Part shown: one piece after another, positions 1-10,538 of the stretch
How positions within the stretch are numbered: the first letter of the stretch is position 1
Layout: every line of letters starts with the position of its first letter
Assembly (NCBI GenBank): GCA_900088475.1
Contig: FLMG01001656.1
Coordinates: 1 to 49,089 of the forward strand
Source of the DNA: Hyphochytrium catenoides
Taxonomy: Eukaryota > Protista > Hyphochytriomycota
Length of the DNA: 49,089 nt
Reading direction: 5' to 3'
The notes under the pieces: generated by a model
Told to the model about the DNA's origin: nothing
Databases searched by the model: none
The model's input: only the letters and a program-made list of their open reading frames with translations
Made by a program: the position numbers and the translations under genes

Positions 1-1389
1 GCACCACGAAGGACTCCTAATAACACGTCAGTGGAGCTATGAGGCTTAACTAGGTAGTGGATAGAACCCCTAATAATAACAAGTCATCAGAAGAAAGCTT
101 TCTGTCCGCACCGAACGAAGGAAACTGGAGAGACAGTCGGCAACAAGAGGGAGACGGACCCTGTATAAGCATTATTTCTGTCATCATTACGACCGGCATA
201 GTAGGAAAGAGGAGTGAGTGTAACCGTGAAGTTAGGCTGTCTCTCATCGTGCTTGTCGTTAGTAGGCACTCCAGCCTGCCGGGTTGGCGAGCATTCTTCA
301 CCCAAAGTCCACCTTGTAGAGAGAGCCAATACATGGATACGACCTATATAATAACCTGATGAGGTTGAAGACCCCAGCAAGCAAGCTACCGCAGCCACAA
401 CGGTTTTATTAGTAGTATTGTCCACGAGGGTAATTGCCCCACTACGAGTTCATCTAATGAGCATGTAAAAAAAACTATCAGGATGCTGCAACTTTCTAGT
501 TTCTTCAGAGATTCGAACACCCTTTGTAATCACTTTGTCTGGGCGAGCAAGCCGCTTGTACCACTCGACCAGGAACTACTCTGCCGTTTCCTGGTCAAGA
601 GGTCCGTTTGGGGTGGCCATGTGGTGGCATGATCTATCGTCGGTATTCAAAAGGGCACAAGAGTTCAACAACACGATGGCCAAAAAGGAGGTAAAGATGG
701 CGACTACGTAATAACTGGCGAATCTGTCACGAATTCTTTTGCTCTTTTGGCTTCTTTTCTATTGCTCAAATTCTCCCATGGAACCTTGAAGGTAGTGGCT
801 CTTCTTTAGAGACCTGCTGTTGACTGCTGTACACTGTAGTAGAACTACTACTTCTAAATTTGCCAACCTGACTCACAATGATGATCCTGTACCTCATCTT
901 CTCATTGTTTATCTTATATTGTGTGCCCTGTGGTCGACTCTCAGGATTGGGGCCCACGTTCAACCTCAACCTCAGCAGTGACAAACAGCTAATGCGACAA
1001 GCAAAGCTTGGTGGCTGTCCAGTCTTCCCTAAATATAATGTTGATGGATCGTCTTCTTAGCTCCCAAAGCTTATCTTCTTCAACTTACTAGGGCCAATTA
1101 GGTGTCGTCTTTTGTCTTCTTCCTTCTGAAGAAGTTCTTCTTCCAAGTAATAAGAGACCAAGGGTGAATTTCCTGACCTGAATGCATGATAGTGCTGGTG
1201 GTTTCGTTCATTATTAATGACAGCACCTTGATCCACCACGGTCTCTTCTTCTCCTTCTGACGTCTGCCCGAGAACTTCATGGTCCTGAAGAGGTTGAGAG
1301 TTATTAGAAGCCTTTTAGGGGTCTTCCCAAGCAGGATGCGGGAGGGAGATGTTAGAATCTAGTAGATGAGACAGATACTCGAAACCTAA

Positions 1390-1600
1390 CTAAAGGTAGA
1401 ACTGCTCACCATACCTCGGCCCTTGGATGTGCTCCTGGATGGGAGAAACTGTACCTATCCAAAGCAGAGAGGGCCCAGAGTATTGTACGTTGCACTCCTT
1501 CGCTACAGCATCATAGCCCATGGCAGACAAGAAGACAGCAATCACATCGCGGTTTCCCTGGGCGGTAGGTTCCACTGGGCCTATGATTGGTGGGGCGCTG
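1390..1600 (-). pseudogene. N-terminal fragment of GH13 (actinobacterial GH13_32-like) alpha-amylase, inverted relative to the rest of the gene
   Basis: ORF 1390..1674(-) reads TAQGNRDVIAVF..GYDAVAKEC..YSGP...TVSPIQEHIQG. This matches the Streptomyces-type amylase N-terminus (G.KDVTAV.FEW.F.SVA..C...LGP.GY..VQVSPPQEHIQG); the following WW..YQPVSY motif is degraded and ends in a stop. Confidence 0.75.
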
Positions 1601-1999
1601 CGTGGAGCGAAATCGAAGAATGGGGGTTGGCTATAGATTTGTCTATCTGTAAGAGACGAGGAGAAAATAAGCAAGTCTGATGAGACTTATAATACGAAGA
1701 GTCCGACGAAAAGAGTTTCAGCTTAGTGTCTAGAAGGATCTTTTTAACATCATTCTTTGATCTCCACTTCCTTTCACATAACCGATCGTGTCCAGACAGA
1801 AGGCAAGCCGAGCCTCCTTTGGAAAGAAAGGGTAACTGGAGATAGTGGGAGAAAGCGTGAGGCAGAGGTGAAAGTTGTTGAGCTATTATTGATGAGGGGA
1901 TGTTACTCTGTAAGGAGAAGAAGCGCGGCAGTCACGTCGTTCGGTTCTTCTTCAGCCTTAACACTTAGCCAGCAAGCTATCAGAACACAGCTGTCGGGG

Positions 2000-2880
2000 A
2001 AAGATTGGAGGCATACACTACTAACCGATCGCAGGTTTAGAGCTGCGAGCTAGAGACTTGGCTAATATCAAATGGAGAGTGAGTATGCCTGCAACCGTAG
2101 ATCAATAAACCTTTATGAGTGAGCTTATTGACCTCGGAGTGGCGGGCTTCCACTTAGATGCCAGCAAGTACGTACCGCCAGAAGACCAGTTCTCCATCAA
2201 GAGAAAGCTCAAGAACCCCGACATCTGTTGGATTCAGGAGGCGTTTCAGGGGATAGCGGAGTTTGATCAATCCATTAAGTACGTAGCAAATGGAGTGGTG
2301 CAGGAACTTCGTTATGCAGAAGAGTTTAAAGGCCATCATCATTGATCTTCCGAAAGAGTGACGGCCAAACATTAGCTTGTATTAGTAACTATGGAGGTGT
2401 CTGCAGCGCTTTCTGAAGGGCGAGAAATAGGACCCTGAACCATAGAAAGAAGACCAGTTACTCTGTCTCACAAATGTTGTTTCTTCTTACCTGGCCATAC
2501 GACACGCCCCCCTCGCCCTCCTGCCATTCCGGCTACGACTTTCTTGATAGCGACTCTGCGCGTGATCCAGCAAACGAAAGGTCGATTCGGAAGTGCTTCG
2601 GGGGTAACTGGCAGTGCCAGCATTTCCGTAATGCCGCTCATTCTTGGAATTCCCTCTCCCCGAGCATGCCTTGATGATACAACGCCCTTGCAGATGAAGA
2701 ACCTTCGCAATCTTTGGTTCCATTAAGCGATGTGATTAAAACAATAGTGAAAACGAGGAGACGACGGAGGCATTTGCTCTTTGTCATGGCGGCCGGAGAA
2801 ACGCAACGGGAGAAGTGGCTTTTTGCACGAAGCCTATAAGACCAACTACGTCGAGGCACTTCATGGCCAGACAGTACATC
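2000..2880 (+). pseudogene. Frameshifted alpha-amylase (GH13_32-like) catalytic core and C-terminal domain
   Basis: Collinear motifs across frames: V*SCEL (VQNCEL); ESEY; LIDLGVAGFHLDASKY (GFRIDAAKH region, nucleophile Asp); WIQEAFQG (proton-donor Glu); QELRYA; RNRTLNH; FLLTWPYDTP (FMLAWPYG.P); HSGYDF; GNWQCQH.FRNAA; EALHG. There are multiple stops and frameshifts, and the FVDNHD motif is not found. Confidence 0.85.
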
Positions 2881-3087
2881 ATCTAGTACTGAGGGGGAGA
2901 AGAGTAGCAATGGCCACAGAATCAACTTTCTTAGTGAGTTTGTTACTCTGCAAGAAGCATATAGAGTTAGTTAATATCAAGTGAGGGAAGATCGTTAGCC
3001 GACCAGCGAAATGCTAGTGGGCCACGATTCCTTCCGTTAATTTTCTTACTCTAATCGCCTCTTCTATGATGCTCTTCTTACTTCTTC

Positions 3088-4521
3088 TTACACCTTGTTG
3101 CTATTGGCTGCGGCCACAGCAGCAGAGTCAAGAGACTCGCGTACGAGGGTGATCTGGTTTGCTTGGAACTCATCTTTGACGAAGAGAGCGGCTCCAGTAG
3201 CCAGAGTCCATGAAATGGCGCACATGAGGAAGAGATACTTAGAAGCACCAGCCTCCTGAAGAGAAGAGTTGGTGACGATGACAATAACTTGGGGAATAAC
3301 GATGAAGAGGTTGAGCACTCCGAATTGGACACCAATGTCGTGCTCCATATTGGACTCAGAACGCTGGTCGCCACCAATAAGAGCAAATGGGAAGGCGTTG
3401 ATGGCACTCTGAGGTACAGCGATGAAAGACATAGTAATGCAAGCCAATGTAGGCTTTCCGGTAGCAGAGGACAAGTTGATATACATAAGAACAGCTCCAA
3501 CAGCAAGCATAGCAGAATAGATGAACTTAATGCGCCTCAAAAGACATGCATGACCAGAGCCATAGCGAGACCGAGAAACGATCTGGAGTCCATTCGAAAC
3601 AAGGTCAATACGGTCGTTGCTCTCATAACCGTCAAGGTTACCCTTCAGCTTGCCAGGTTTTTCCAAGTCCGGTACTGGACTATAGACAAGTTCAGCCCAC
3701 CAGGTAGATTTGAATGTCCACAAGCAGAAGAGAGAGAACCAAGAGAAGAACTGAACAACAGCAACGCGCTGGAGGCCGACGGGCATGTGTCTGACAGCAC
3801 CGAAGACAGTGGTGAACGGCCCGCATAAGGTTGGGTTTCGCCAAAACTCAGGGCGGATGAACTGCTCCTCCATAGCGAGGAAGCAGGAGAAAGATAAGAG
3901 GACAAAGTTGATACCAAGCGCAATGGAGATGACTTCAAACACCTTGTTTGGTTTATCATCGCCAAACGGAAGCATTACTGCGGAGGCAAGCAGACCACCT
4001 AGGCCCTGAAAGCCCACAGCGAGTAACTGGCCTACACTTTGCTGCTTGGTTGAGCTCAGATCGGAAATCAGCGCTCTCACAGGCGTTCGCAGAACGTTGA
4101 TTGTGGCATCCATACCGATAAACATGATAAGGGCAAAGACCTGGGCTGCGGTACCGGAGAAAATGTGGCCTGCAGCGCCAAAGAGGAAGGCGCAGATAGT
4201 CAATGAGAGAAGGCCACCCATCATAAAGGGACGACGACGACCGAACCTGCTCTCACATCTATCAGATGCTGCACCAACAAGTGGTGCTACAAAGAAACCC
4301 GTAATGGGTCCCCAGATCCATGTCAAAGATGCAAGGCCAGCAGACATGCCAAGACCCTTCTCCATGTACGGCTGCGTGACGGAGAAGTTGGTCCCCCACA
4401 GCATTTGAATACCAATCCATGCTGAGGCCACGGCAGCTAACCTCCAGAGAGGATAGTCCACTTCCTCTTGTTCGCCGTTAGGCTTCTCGCGTTGTTCCAG
4501 GTAGGCGGTGGTTGGAGCCAT
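3088..4521 (-). CDS. Sucrose/maltose:H+ symporter-like MFS transporter (GPH family, SUT/SLC45-like); intronless, possibly decaying
   Basis: GIQMLWG, WIWGPITGFFVAPLVGAASDRCESRFGRRRPF, TPVRALISDL, VQFFSWFSLF and GVQFGVLNLFIVIPQ are SUT/SLC45 hallmarks. The likely start is acaATGg at 4521 (MAPTT..), although the ORF is open to 4791. TM8 looks frameshifted (see findings). Confidence 0.88.
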   Translation of the reverse strand: MAPTTAYLEQREKPNGEQEEVDYPLWRLAAVASAWIGIQMLWGTNFSVTQPYMEKGLGMSAGLASLTWIWGPITGFFVAPLVGAASDRCESRFGRRRPFMMGGLLSLTICAFLFGAAGHIFSGTAAQVFALIMFIGMDATINVLRTPVRALISDLSSTKQQSVGQLLAVGFQGLGGLLASAVMLPFGDDKPNKVFEVISIALGINFVLLSFSCFLAMEEQFIRPEFWRNPTLCGPFTTVFGAVRHMPVGLQRVAVVQFFSWFSLFCLWTFKSTWWAELVYSPVPDLEKPGKLKGNLDGYESNDRIDLVSNGLQIVSRSRYGSGHACLLRRIKFIYSAMLAVGAVLMYINLSSATGKPTLACITMSFIAVPQSAINAFPFALIGGDQRSESNMEHDIGVQFGVLNLFIVIPQVIVIVTNSSLQEAGASKYLFLMCAISWTLATGAALFVKDEFQANQITLVRESLDSAAVAAANSNKV

Positions 4522-7207
4522 TGTAGCTACTCTGAAAAGTGTGGCGCAGTCGGAAGCAGCCTGGAGGCTTCTTACTTTGGTGAGGCTTGTGGTGTAGCCG
4601 AGAGGTTTGACTGTGAGACTGTTGAGACAAGTGGCATCACCCGCCTCACGGCTAGCCAGCAGTGATGGAACAGTATAAGAAGGTAAGGACCCATCCATAG
4701 CAGCTAGCGGCAGGGAAGGAGTGAGATACGTCATCACGGCCAAGACTCTGGATATGGGAGCATCATCTCTTAAGGTTATATTGTAGTCCATTAATACTCG
4801 GAGGAAGGCTTTAGCAAGAAGTGCCGGTCGGGGAAACGCAGGACCACTTCGGGAGCCATCCCTGGTCGTAATGAAGAAAAATCAGGCGATCATGATGGAA
4901 GGGAAGAAAGAACAGCTCTGCTGTAGTGGTGGTCAGTGGTCATCTCATGTCCTTGAACCACCACAAAAATCATGATGAAGAGTGGTGATAATGACCATCG
5001 TTGGGTGGTGGTAAAAAGTTAACACTCTCTGAAGTAAGATTTGTGTCCAATGCTGGTTGCCCTTCGCACACCAGAGAACAATCCGAGGAGCTATACTTCA
5101 ACTAGAAACAGAGAGAGTGACCAAAGGCCACTAGACCTTGAAGATAAAGAACAGGAGAAGAAGAGAAAATAAGTAGGAGATAGACGAAGATTACTACGAA
5201 GGAATTGCCCATGGGAGAAGGCCCAGGTCGGTCCCTCCTCGCTGGTGGTGCCACTTATTTTTTATCATGCAAGTGAAACAGACGAGGTGACACTTAACTG
5301 CTTGAGGTCTAGACAAGAGGAGTGTTGTGAGTACCTTGAAGAAAGAAAATTCGGAGTTGATAGAGGAGACAAAGGGCAGCGCTAGAGAGAGGAGTAAGAT
5401 AATCATGAGTTGATGCTCTATACTTTTAGCTCATAATTATAATAGGATGAGGGCCAGCAGGGAACACACCGATCGGACCTTCACTCTGTGCCGCGAGTAG
5501 GGATGGCGACTACGCACTACTGCCACCTCCCACTACTCCACATTGTCTAGCACTTCATACAGCAATCCGCGCATACTTTCCTTTAGGACAAGAAGAGAAG
5601 AGCGGCGAGTGGCCAGCTTTGCACGGCATCCGGCCCTGCAAGGCCGCATCCTACCCCCTTCCCAAGCCCCTCCCTTCCTACCCAGTCTCTTGACCCGCTA
5701 ATCAGAAAGGCTTCTTCGGCTGGCTGGGTTGCTGGTGTATGTAGAGCGCATTTTGGACTATTCTCTCAAGTATCCACACTGCTGCTGGTTGTGAAGGATA
5801 TATTTTTTTGTGTTTACTGCTGGGTGGGTGTCGTACGGGTCCAATAATGAATGTGAAGCCTACTGTCTGATAGCAGATGAGAACACACCCTCCCCTCTGC
5901 AGTCTCTGGGGTGACTGCTGATAATGGCAAACAACTTTGATCCTGATGGTGCTAGGTTCTGGGGCTTGGAGCTGGCTGCTGTCCGGACAACTAATAAAAG
6001 GAACATAAGCAGAGTTCTGGACAGTCAGAAGGTGAAAAACAGGGTGTCATCGCCACATGAAGTCAGCACCGTGCCTCCGTTCTTGAAGATGAGGTACTCA
6101 AAAATTTCTATAAATAACAGGAGGAGGAAGAAGCAACTTCAAGCGCCTTTCTTATCGCTTCCCCGCTGAGCAAGAGGAAATAATAGCTCCGCACTAACCT
6201 CAAGTTGGAACGACAATGCCCGAGGAAGAACTTCCGATCTACGATAATCATACCTACTCTAATATTATAACTCTTTCTTGTCAATCATCAAATAGCCACG
6301 ACGTCATCACAGCACTATCGCGAGAATCACCTTCTCCTCAGACCCAGACAAAAGCGAGTCATCACAACCTCCAGTCGGCATTGGCGGACTCGGAGCAGCA
6401 AGACGACAAAAGAACGGTACATGCTCCAACAAGTGGAAACAACAATGACCGCGAAAGGCACGCTGTCACATCATCTAACCTTTCTACGCCATCATCCACC
6501 ACGCCGCCTTACCTTCTTGTTACTATAGCCATGAGTGTTGGCGTCTCTCAGCCTCAATTAGAAAATATTTCTATGGATCATAGGAATCTTTGTCCGTTTA
6601 TATTAGGGTACAATCACACTGCCAGTTAAGAGGTCCTAGTACTTATATTGGGAAAGACTTTTTCCTCTGCTTGCATGATATGTAATGAGAGGAAACTCGC
6701 GAACAGAAGCTGATAAATTTCGCCCAGCGAAGGTTCACTTCCTCGCGTTACTTTTTTCTCACGTCTACTAGAATCCAATACATTCTCGTGACTGGCTCAT
6801 CTTTCTCTTTCTTGATCTCAACTAGATCATATTAGTTATAAACGCGCGTTCTAAGACACTCATGGAAGGTCTCTTTCTGACTCGTTGAGCTCTATTGTTT
6901 GGAAAGCAGCAATGAGGGCCAACAACTCACAGTTGCTGCTTCCGCATAATTCTGCAACAGCTGAGGGCGAACGCGACAACCGTCAGTCGCTCCTTCGCCG
7001 ACGGAGGTTGTAGTGTTTGGAGTCTGCCGTCATAACTTCCTGGTTGACGCCGTCCTTCTCTCTCCTACGCTAATGGCACGCACAGAGGAAGTCTAAGAAA
7101 GAACCATCCCGCTAACGCGATTAGATGAGTACATATAGCTTGAATACTGTGAAGAAGTAACATACAGATTAACGCCCGGGAAGCGGGGCAATGGCTCATC
7201 CTTTGCT

Positions 7208-7380
7208 ATGCAAAACGTCATGCAACAAAATTCTGAACTATTACTATCAGCTAAATATCCAAAGGAGTGTCATGAAGAGCTTGTGCGTGGACGAGTCTTA
7301 CAAATAAGGGACATGACTCTTGGCTTGATGGCAACATTTTTAACCCCTCAATTGAACGATGGAAATTTTAAAGAGGAAGA
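7208..7380 (+). mobile_element. Ty1/copia LTR retrotransposon relic, RNase H C-terminus
   Basis: AKYPKECHEELVRGRVLQIRDMTLGLMATFLTPQLNDGNF resembles the copia consensus (K.HI...H..RELV..G.I.I....T..M.AD.LTK.L....F). Confidence 0.6.
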
Positions 7381-7493
7381 GCCTGCTGGGCGGCGGTGGA
7401 GGTCATCGTGTCATCGCACACCTCGCAGATGCCCAATGAACAAGCTGGGAAAGAAAGTCGATTTTAGCAGTCTGGGAAGCTGTAGTTACTGTA

Positions 7494-7950
7494 GTGCTCA
7501 AGCCTAACAAGCGCTGCTGGGCTCTAGTAATCGACTCTAATCTAGGGCAGCGTGGTGTGCCTAGGCCTACCTTTGATCAAAATTTGACTGCTTGGTTGGA
7601 GAGACTAGATGAAACTGCTAACAGCACAATCTGTCTTCGTCTGGACTCTCATCTCTTCCGCCAGATAGCACCAGGAACGTCCTCCGCTGCAGAAGTATAG
7701 GATAATACCCTAGCTATCTAAACTATTTTACCCAGCGGTCTTAGAGATCCCGAGGCTAAATCGTGAGGTTGATATCTACATCCTCCATGGAGGGAGAGCG
7801 GGGTCACAGACTTCTGCGACCGCCGCATAGACAAGAGGATGTGCAAGCAGCTTGCCACTCTCGGAGCGAAGGCAGATCCTTTCCACGTTTATGTTATGGT
7901 CCTAACCATCAAGATTCCCGAGCGCTACATAGCTATAGCAATCCAGATCA
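7494..7950 (+). mobile_element. Ty1/copia gag relic (Retrotran_gag_2/UBN2-like)
   Basis: W.ERLDETANSTICLRLDSHLFRQIAPGTSSAAEV*(W) is followed, after frameshifts, by ME..SGVTDFCDR.ID.RMCKQLATLGA. This is a typical copia gag pattern with stops and frameshifts. Confidence 0.7.
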
Positions 7951-8129
7951 GCACTGATTGGTCACAACTCGACCCTGATTTGCTGATGGGCATGCTGAAG
8001 GACTGAGCAAAGGGTAGAACAACAGAACAAATCTGTCCTCGCGTTATTAGAATCTCTACTGAAGCAAAACTCTTATTTGCGGAGGAAAGGGATCAGCAGC
8101 CATCCTACTCTCTGGTGTCGCGGGTACTA

Positions 8130-9195
8130 TCAGTGTTACGGCACTAGCGAAGGGGACATTTCTTCGGTCTGCCAGTGTCGATGGCAAGGCAGCACCTTTG
8201 ATAATTAGGGATGTCCTTTACCTCCATAATGCCTCCCACAACCCGACCTTTGCATCAGGGTGTATGGACTCTACGGCCGAGCTACTACCAGAGCCCTAAG
8301 ATGGCCCAATGTCCGAGGAGGTTCTCTGTGTAGCAGAAGTCACAACGGAGTATATGAGGTAAATGGCACAACGATAGTACTGTCAATGAAGGTGCGACCT
8401 TGAACTCTTCTTCACTTCGGCGATGGCATGTTCGACTTGGTCCTTAGGGAAAGCAAGGGTCAGACTGGTGGCCACCCCTAGTGGATGGAGTTCCCGCCAA
8501 GGGGTCGATGGGAGCTTGCCGACTGTTTGAGCTCATTAACTGAAGCTAAGCAAATAAGGACTTGACAGTCTTGCGATATGAGGCACAAAATAGTCATCAT
8601 CCTTGGTCCAGAGCGGAGGTATCCGAGGACGTGGAGCTGCTGAGGAAGGAGTCATATCATGTACCAACTCTTCTACAAGGAAGGGGAGCGCTTAAGAGGG
8701 ATGACGGTGGTTTGATGCTGAAGAGAAGTGATAGTGGTTTGGCCTTCTCTATAAAAGTAAATGGGCTACCGGTACATTGATATACTAGTAGAGTTGGAGG
8801 CCATTCGTGAACTGACTCATCCCGATGCTCTAGATAAGCCTCGTTGTAGACCAAAGGTAGTGAGAGAACCATGTGAGGTATCACTGGGCGATGGTTCTAC
8901 GGCAGAACCTTTTTGAATAGCTGAAGGCTTGAGCTGGAATTGCGAAAAGGACTGGAGCATCGAGCTTGCATGTTTCCCATATTCAATGTATAAGTTCATC
9001 AAGGAAAGCCGCACCACCACCGACTAGCAACAATCGACACCAATAAGAGAAGGCACGCTCTAGAGTGCCGTCGCAGCCACTTAGAACTCGAGTCCATGAT
9101 TTAAAGAGATGGTCATAGATAGTATTATTGGCAACTACCTCTCTCCTATTCCAGGTGATTGCTGCTCTCTTGTTAATGCTCGGTAGGCTCATCTT
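8130..9195 (-). mobile_element. Second degraded gag-like LTR retroelement fragment on the opposite strand
   Basis: Fragments ANNTIYDHLFKS..VLSGCDG...A.SYW..L (8983-9192) and MVLSLPLVY (8657-8884) are gag-like. The C..A..GRPKKCP at ~8150-8200 resembles a GAG-pre-integrase motif. Highly degenerate. Confidence 0.4.
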
Positions 9196-9533
9196 CGCTC
9201 ATGGCTCTCTTCCACAGTTACCTACAGTCCACGCCTCCTACACTTCCGGTGACTCATGATGGCCCTGTTCTCCCTTTTGCATCTCTTGCTATCCTAGATC
9301 CAACGGTTGTTTGCGGCCAACTGATTGTTTATGTGACCGCCTGGCTTGTGTGATTAGAGGTCAGCGCTCTGTTTGTCAGCTCGTGCCGTAGGTCCAATGG
9401 ATCAATGGGCATGTTTTGTAGAGTTATGCATTCATTATTCTCATCTACTTCTTACTTTTTAACCTACTTTTATCAGTCCCTAGTCTATGTACAAGACCGC
9501 TGCGGGCTTCTGCAGCGTCCCCTTGTGGATAAT

Positions 9534-10538
9534 TTACTGGCTAAGCCTGCGCTGGATGCAACTCTCATCAAATAGATCCTCGGAGTCTCTCCTAGGGCGA
9601 GTGGCAGGGCACTCAACCTTACGTGGGGAAGAGGTCTTGGCAGGAGAGCAAGCAGCCGTTTGAGCGGTCTTGCAGGTCAAAGACGTCCTCTGCTTGATGA
9701 CAATGCCAATCTCACCGCCTTGGAGGAGATGCTGGATGAAAGAATCGTCAAGGTTGGCCTCATAAATATAGTTCTTCGTAGGGCAACTCTGAACTCTCTT
9801 GTTGGTGTTGCTGTTGCGTGGGGCTTGGCCTTGGCTGCACTTTTGCCCCTTGGTATCACAGGCCTTCTTGTTCAGCTTATTGCCTTGTGTTTGTCCCGGA
9901 TTTTGCTGAGACTGAGCGGTTCCCCAAATGTAGGAGTAGATCTCCTGTGAGTTCTCAGTGGTAGTGTTCTTCTTCAGTTGGGGCGCACCACCATTCTTCT
10001 TCTGGTCCGTGGTGTCCACAGTCTTTGATGAGGACTGACCGGTTGGGCTTTGCTTCTGTACTTGTTGGCCCTTAGTACTACTCTTTGGTGTGGTCACCTT
10101 CTGGGCCCACTGCGGCTGGGTGTTTCCGCTGAGGATGTCCTGAATGAAGCTCTGTTCGAAGATCTCTTCATATGCCTGGCCAGTAGGCTTCTGATTAACA
10201 GGCTTTGGTGGCTGGATAGGCTTCTGTTGCTGCTGCTTCTTCACTGGAGATGAGGGCGTAGCAACAGGGTGCTGTTGCTTTACAGGCTGCTGTTGCTGTT
10301 GCTTCACAGGCTGTTGTTGTTGCTGTTGCTTCTTAGGAGGCTGCTGCACCTGTTGCTTCTTGACAGGAGAAGGTGGCTGTTGCTGCTGCTTCTTCACAGG
10401 AGAAGTGGGCTGCGTTTGTGGCTTCTTGGCGGGAGAAGGCTGTTGTTGCTGCAATTGTTGGGTCTTGTTGCTTCTTGGAGAAGCACTTGGCACCAGGGTC
10501 TGGGGCTTCAGTGAACCGAGGCTGAGCTTGGTAGACAT
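9534..10538 (-). CDS. Intronless Gln/Pro/Lys-rich low-complexity protein of unknown function (334 aa)
   Basis: Long clean ORF with an A/C-rich 5' leader ending aaacaATG. It contains polyQ tracts, SPxKK repeats and a three-fold repeated E..(F/L)(D/E).S(F/C)IQ..L motif. Confidence 0.75.
   Translation of the reverse strand: MSTKLSLGSLKPQTLVPSASPRSNKTQQLQQQQPSPAKKPQTQPTSPVKKQQQQPPSPVKKQQVQQPPKKQQQQQQPVKQQQQQPVKQQHPVATPSSPVKKQQQQKPIQPPKPVNQKPTGQAYEEIFEQSFIQDILSGNTQPQWAQKVTTPKSSTKGQQVQKQSPTGQSSSKTVDTTDQKKNGGAPQLKKNTTTENSQEIYSYIWGTAQSQQNPGQTQGNKLNKKACDTKGQKCSQGQAPRNSNTNKRVQSCPTKNYIYEANLDDSFIQHLLQGGEIGIVIKQRTSLTCKTAQTAACSPAKTSSPRKVECPATRPRRDSEDLFDESCIQRRLSQ

Noticed and set aside
50-1330. Several short overlapping ORFs at the window start
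   Set aside because: No recognisable motifs or consistent splicing; probably decayed or non-coding sequence.
4522-4791. 90-aa N-terminal extension of the transporter ORF
   Set aside because: It has no transporter-like features and a better start context exists at 4521; likely a chance open frame.
697-5514. 13-bp match gatggcgactacg at ~697 and ~5502 as possible LTR/TSD ends
   Set aside because: Too short, and the flanks do not extend the alignment.
2030-7700. TAG stops from CAG/TGG suggesting RIP-like CpA mutation
   Set aside because: Such stops are necessarily in CpA context, so they are uninformative; a dinucleotide index against intact parent copies would be needed.
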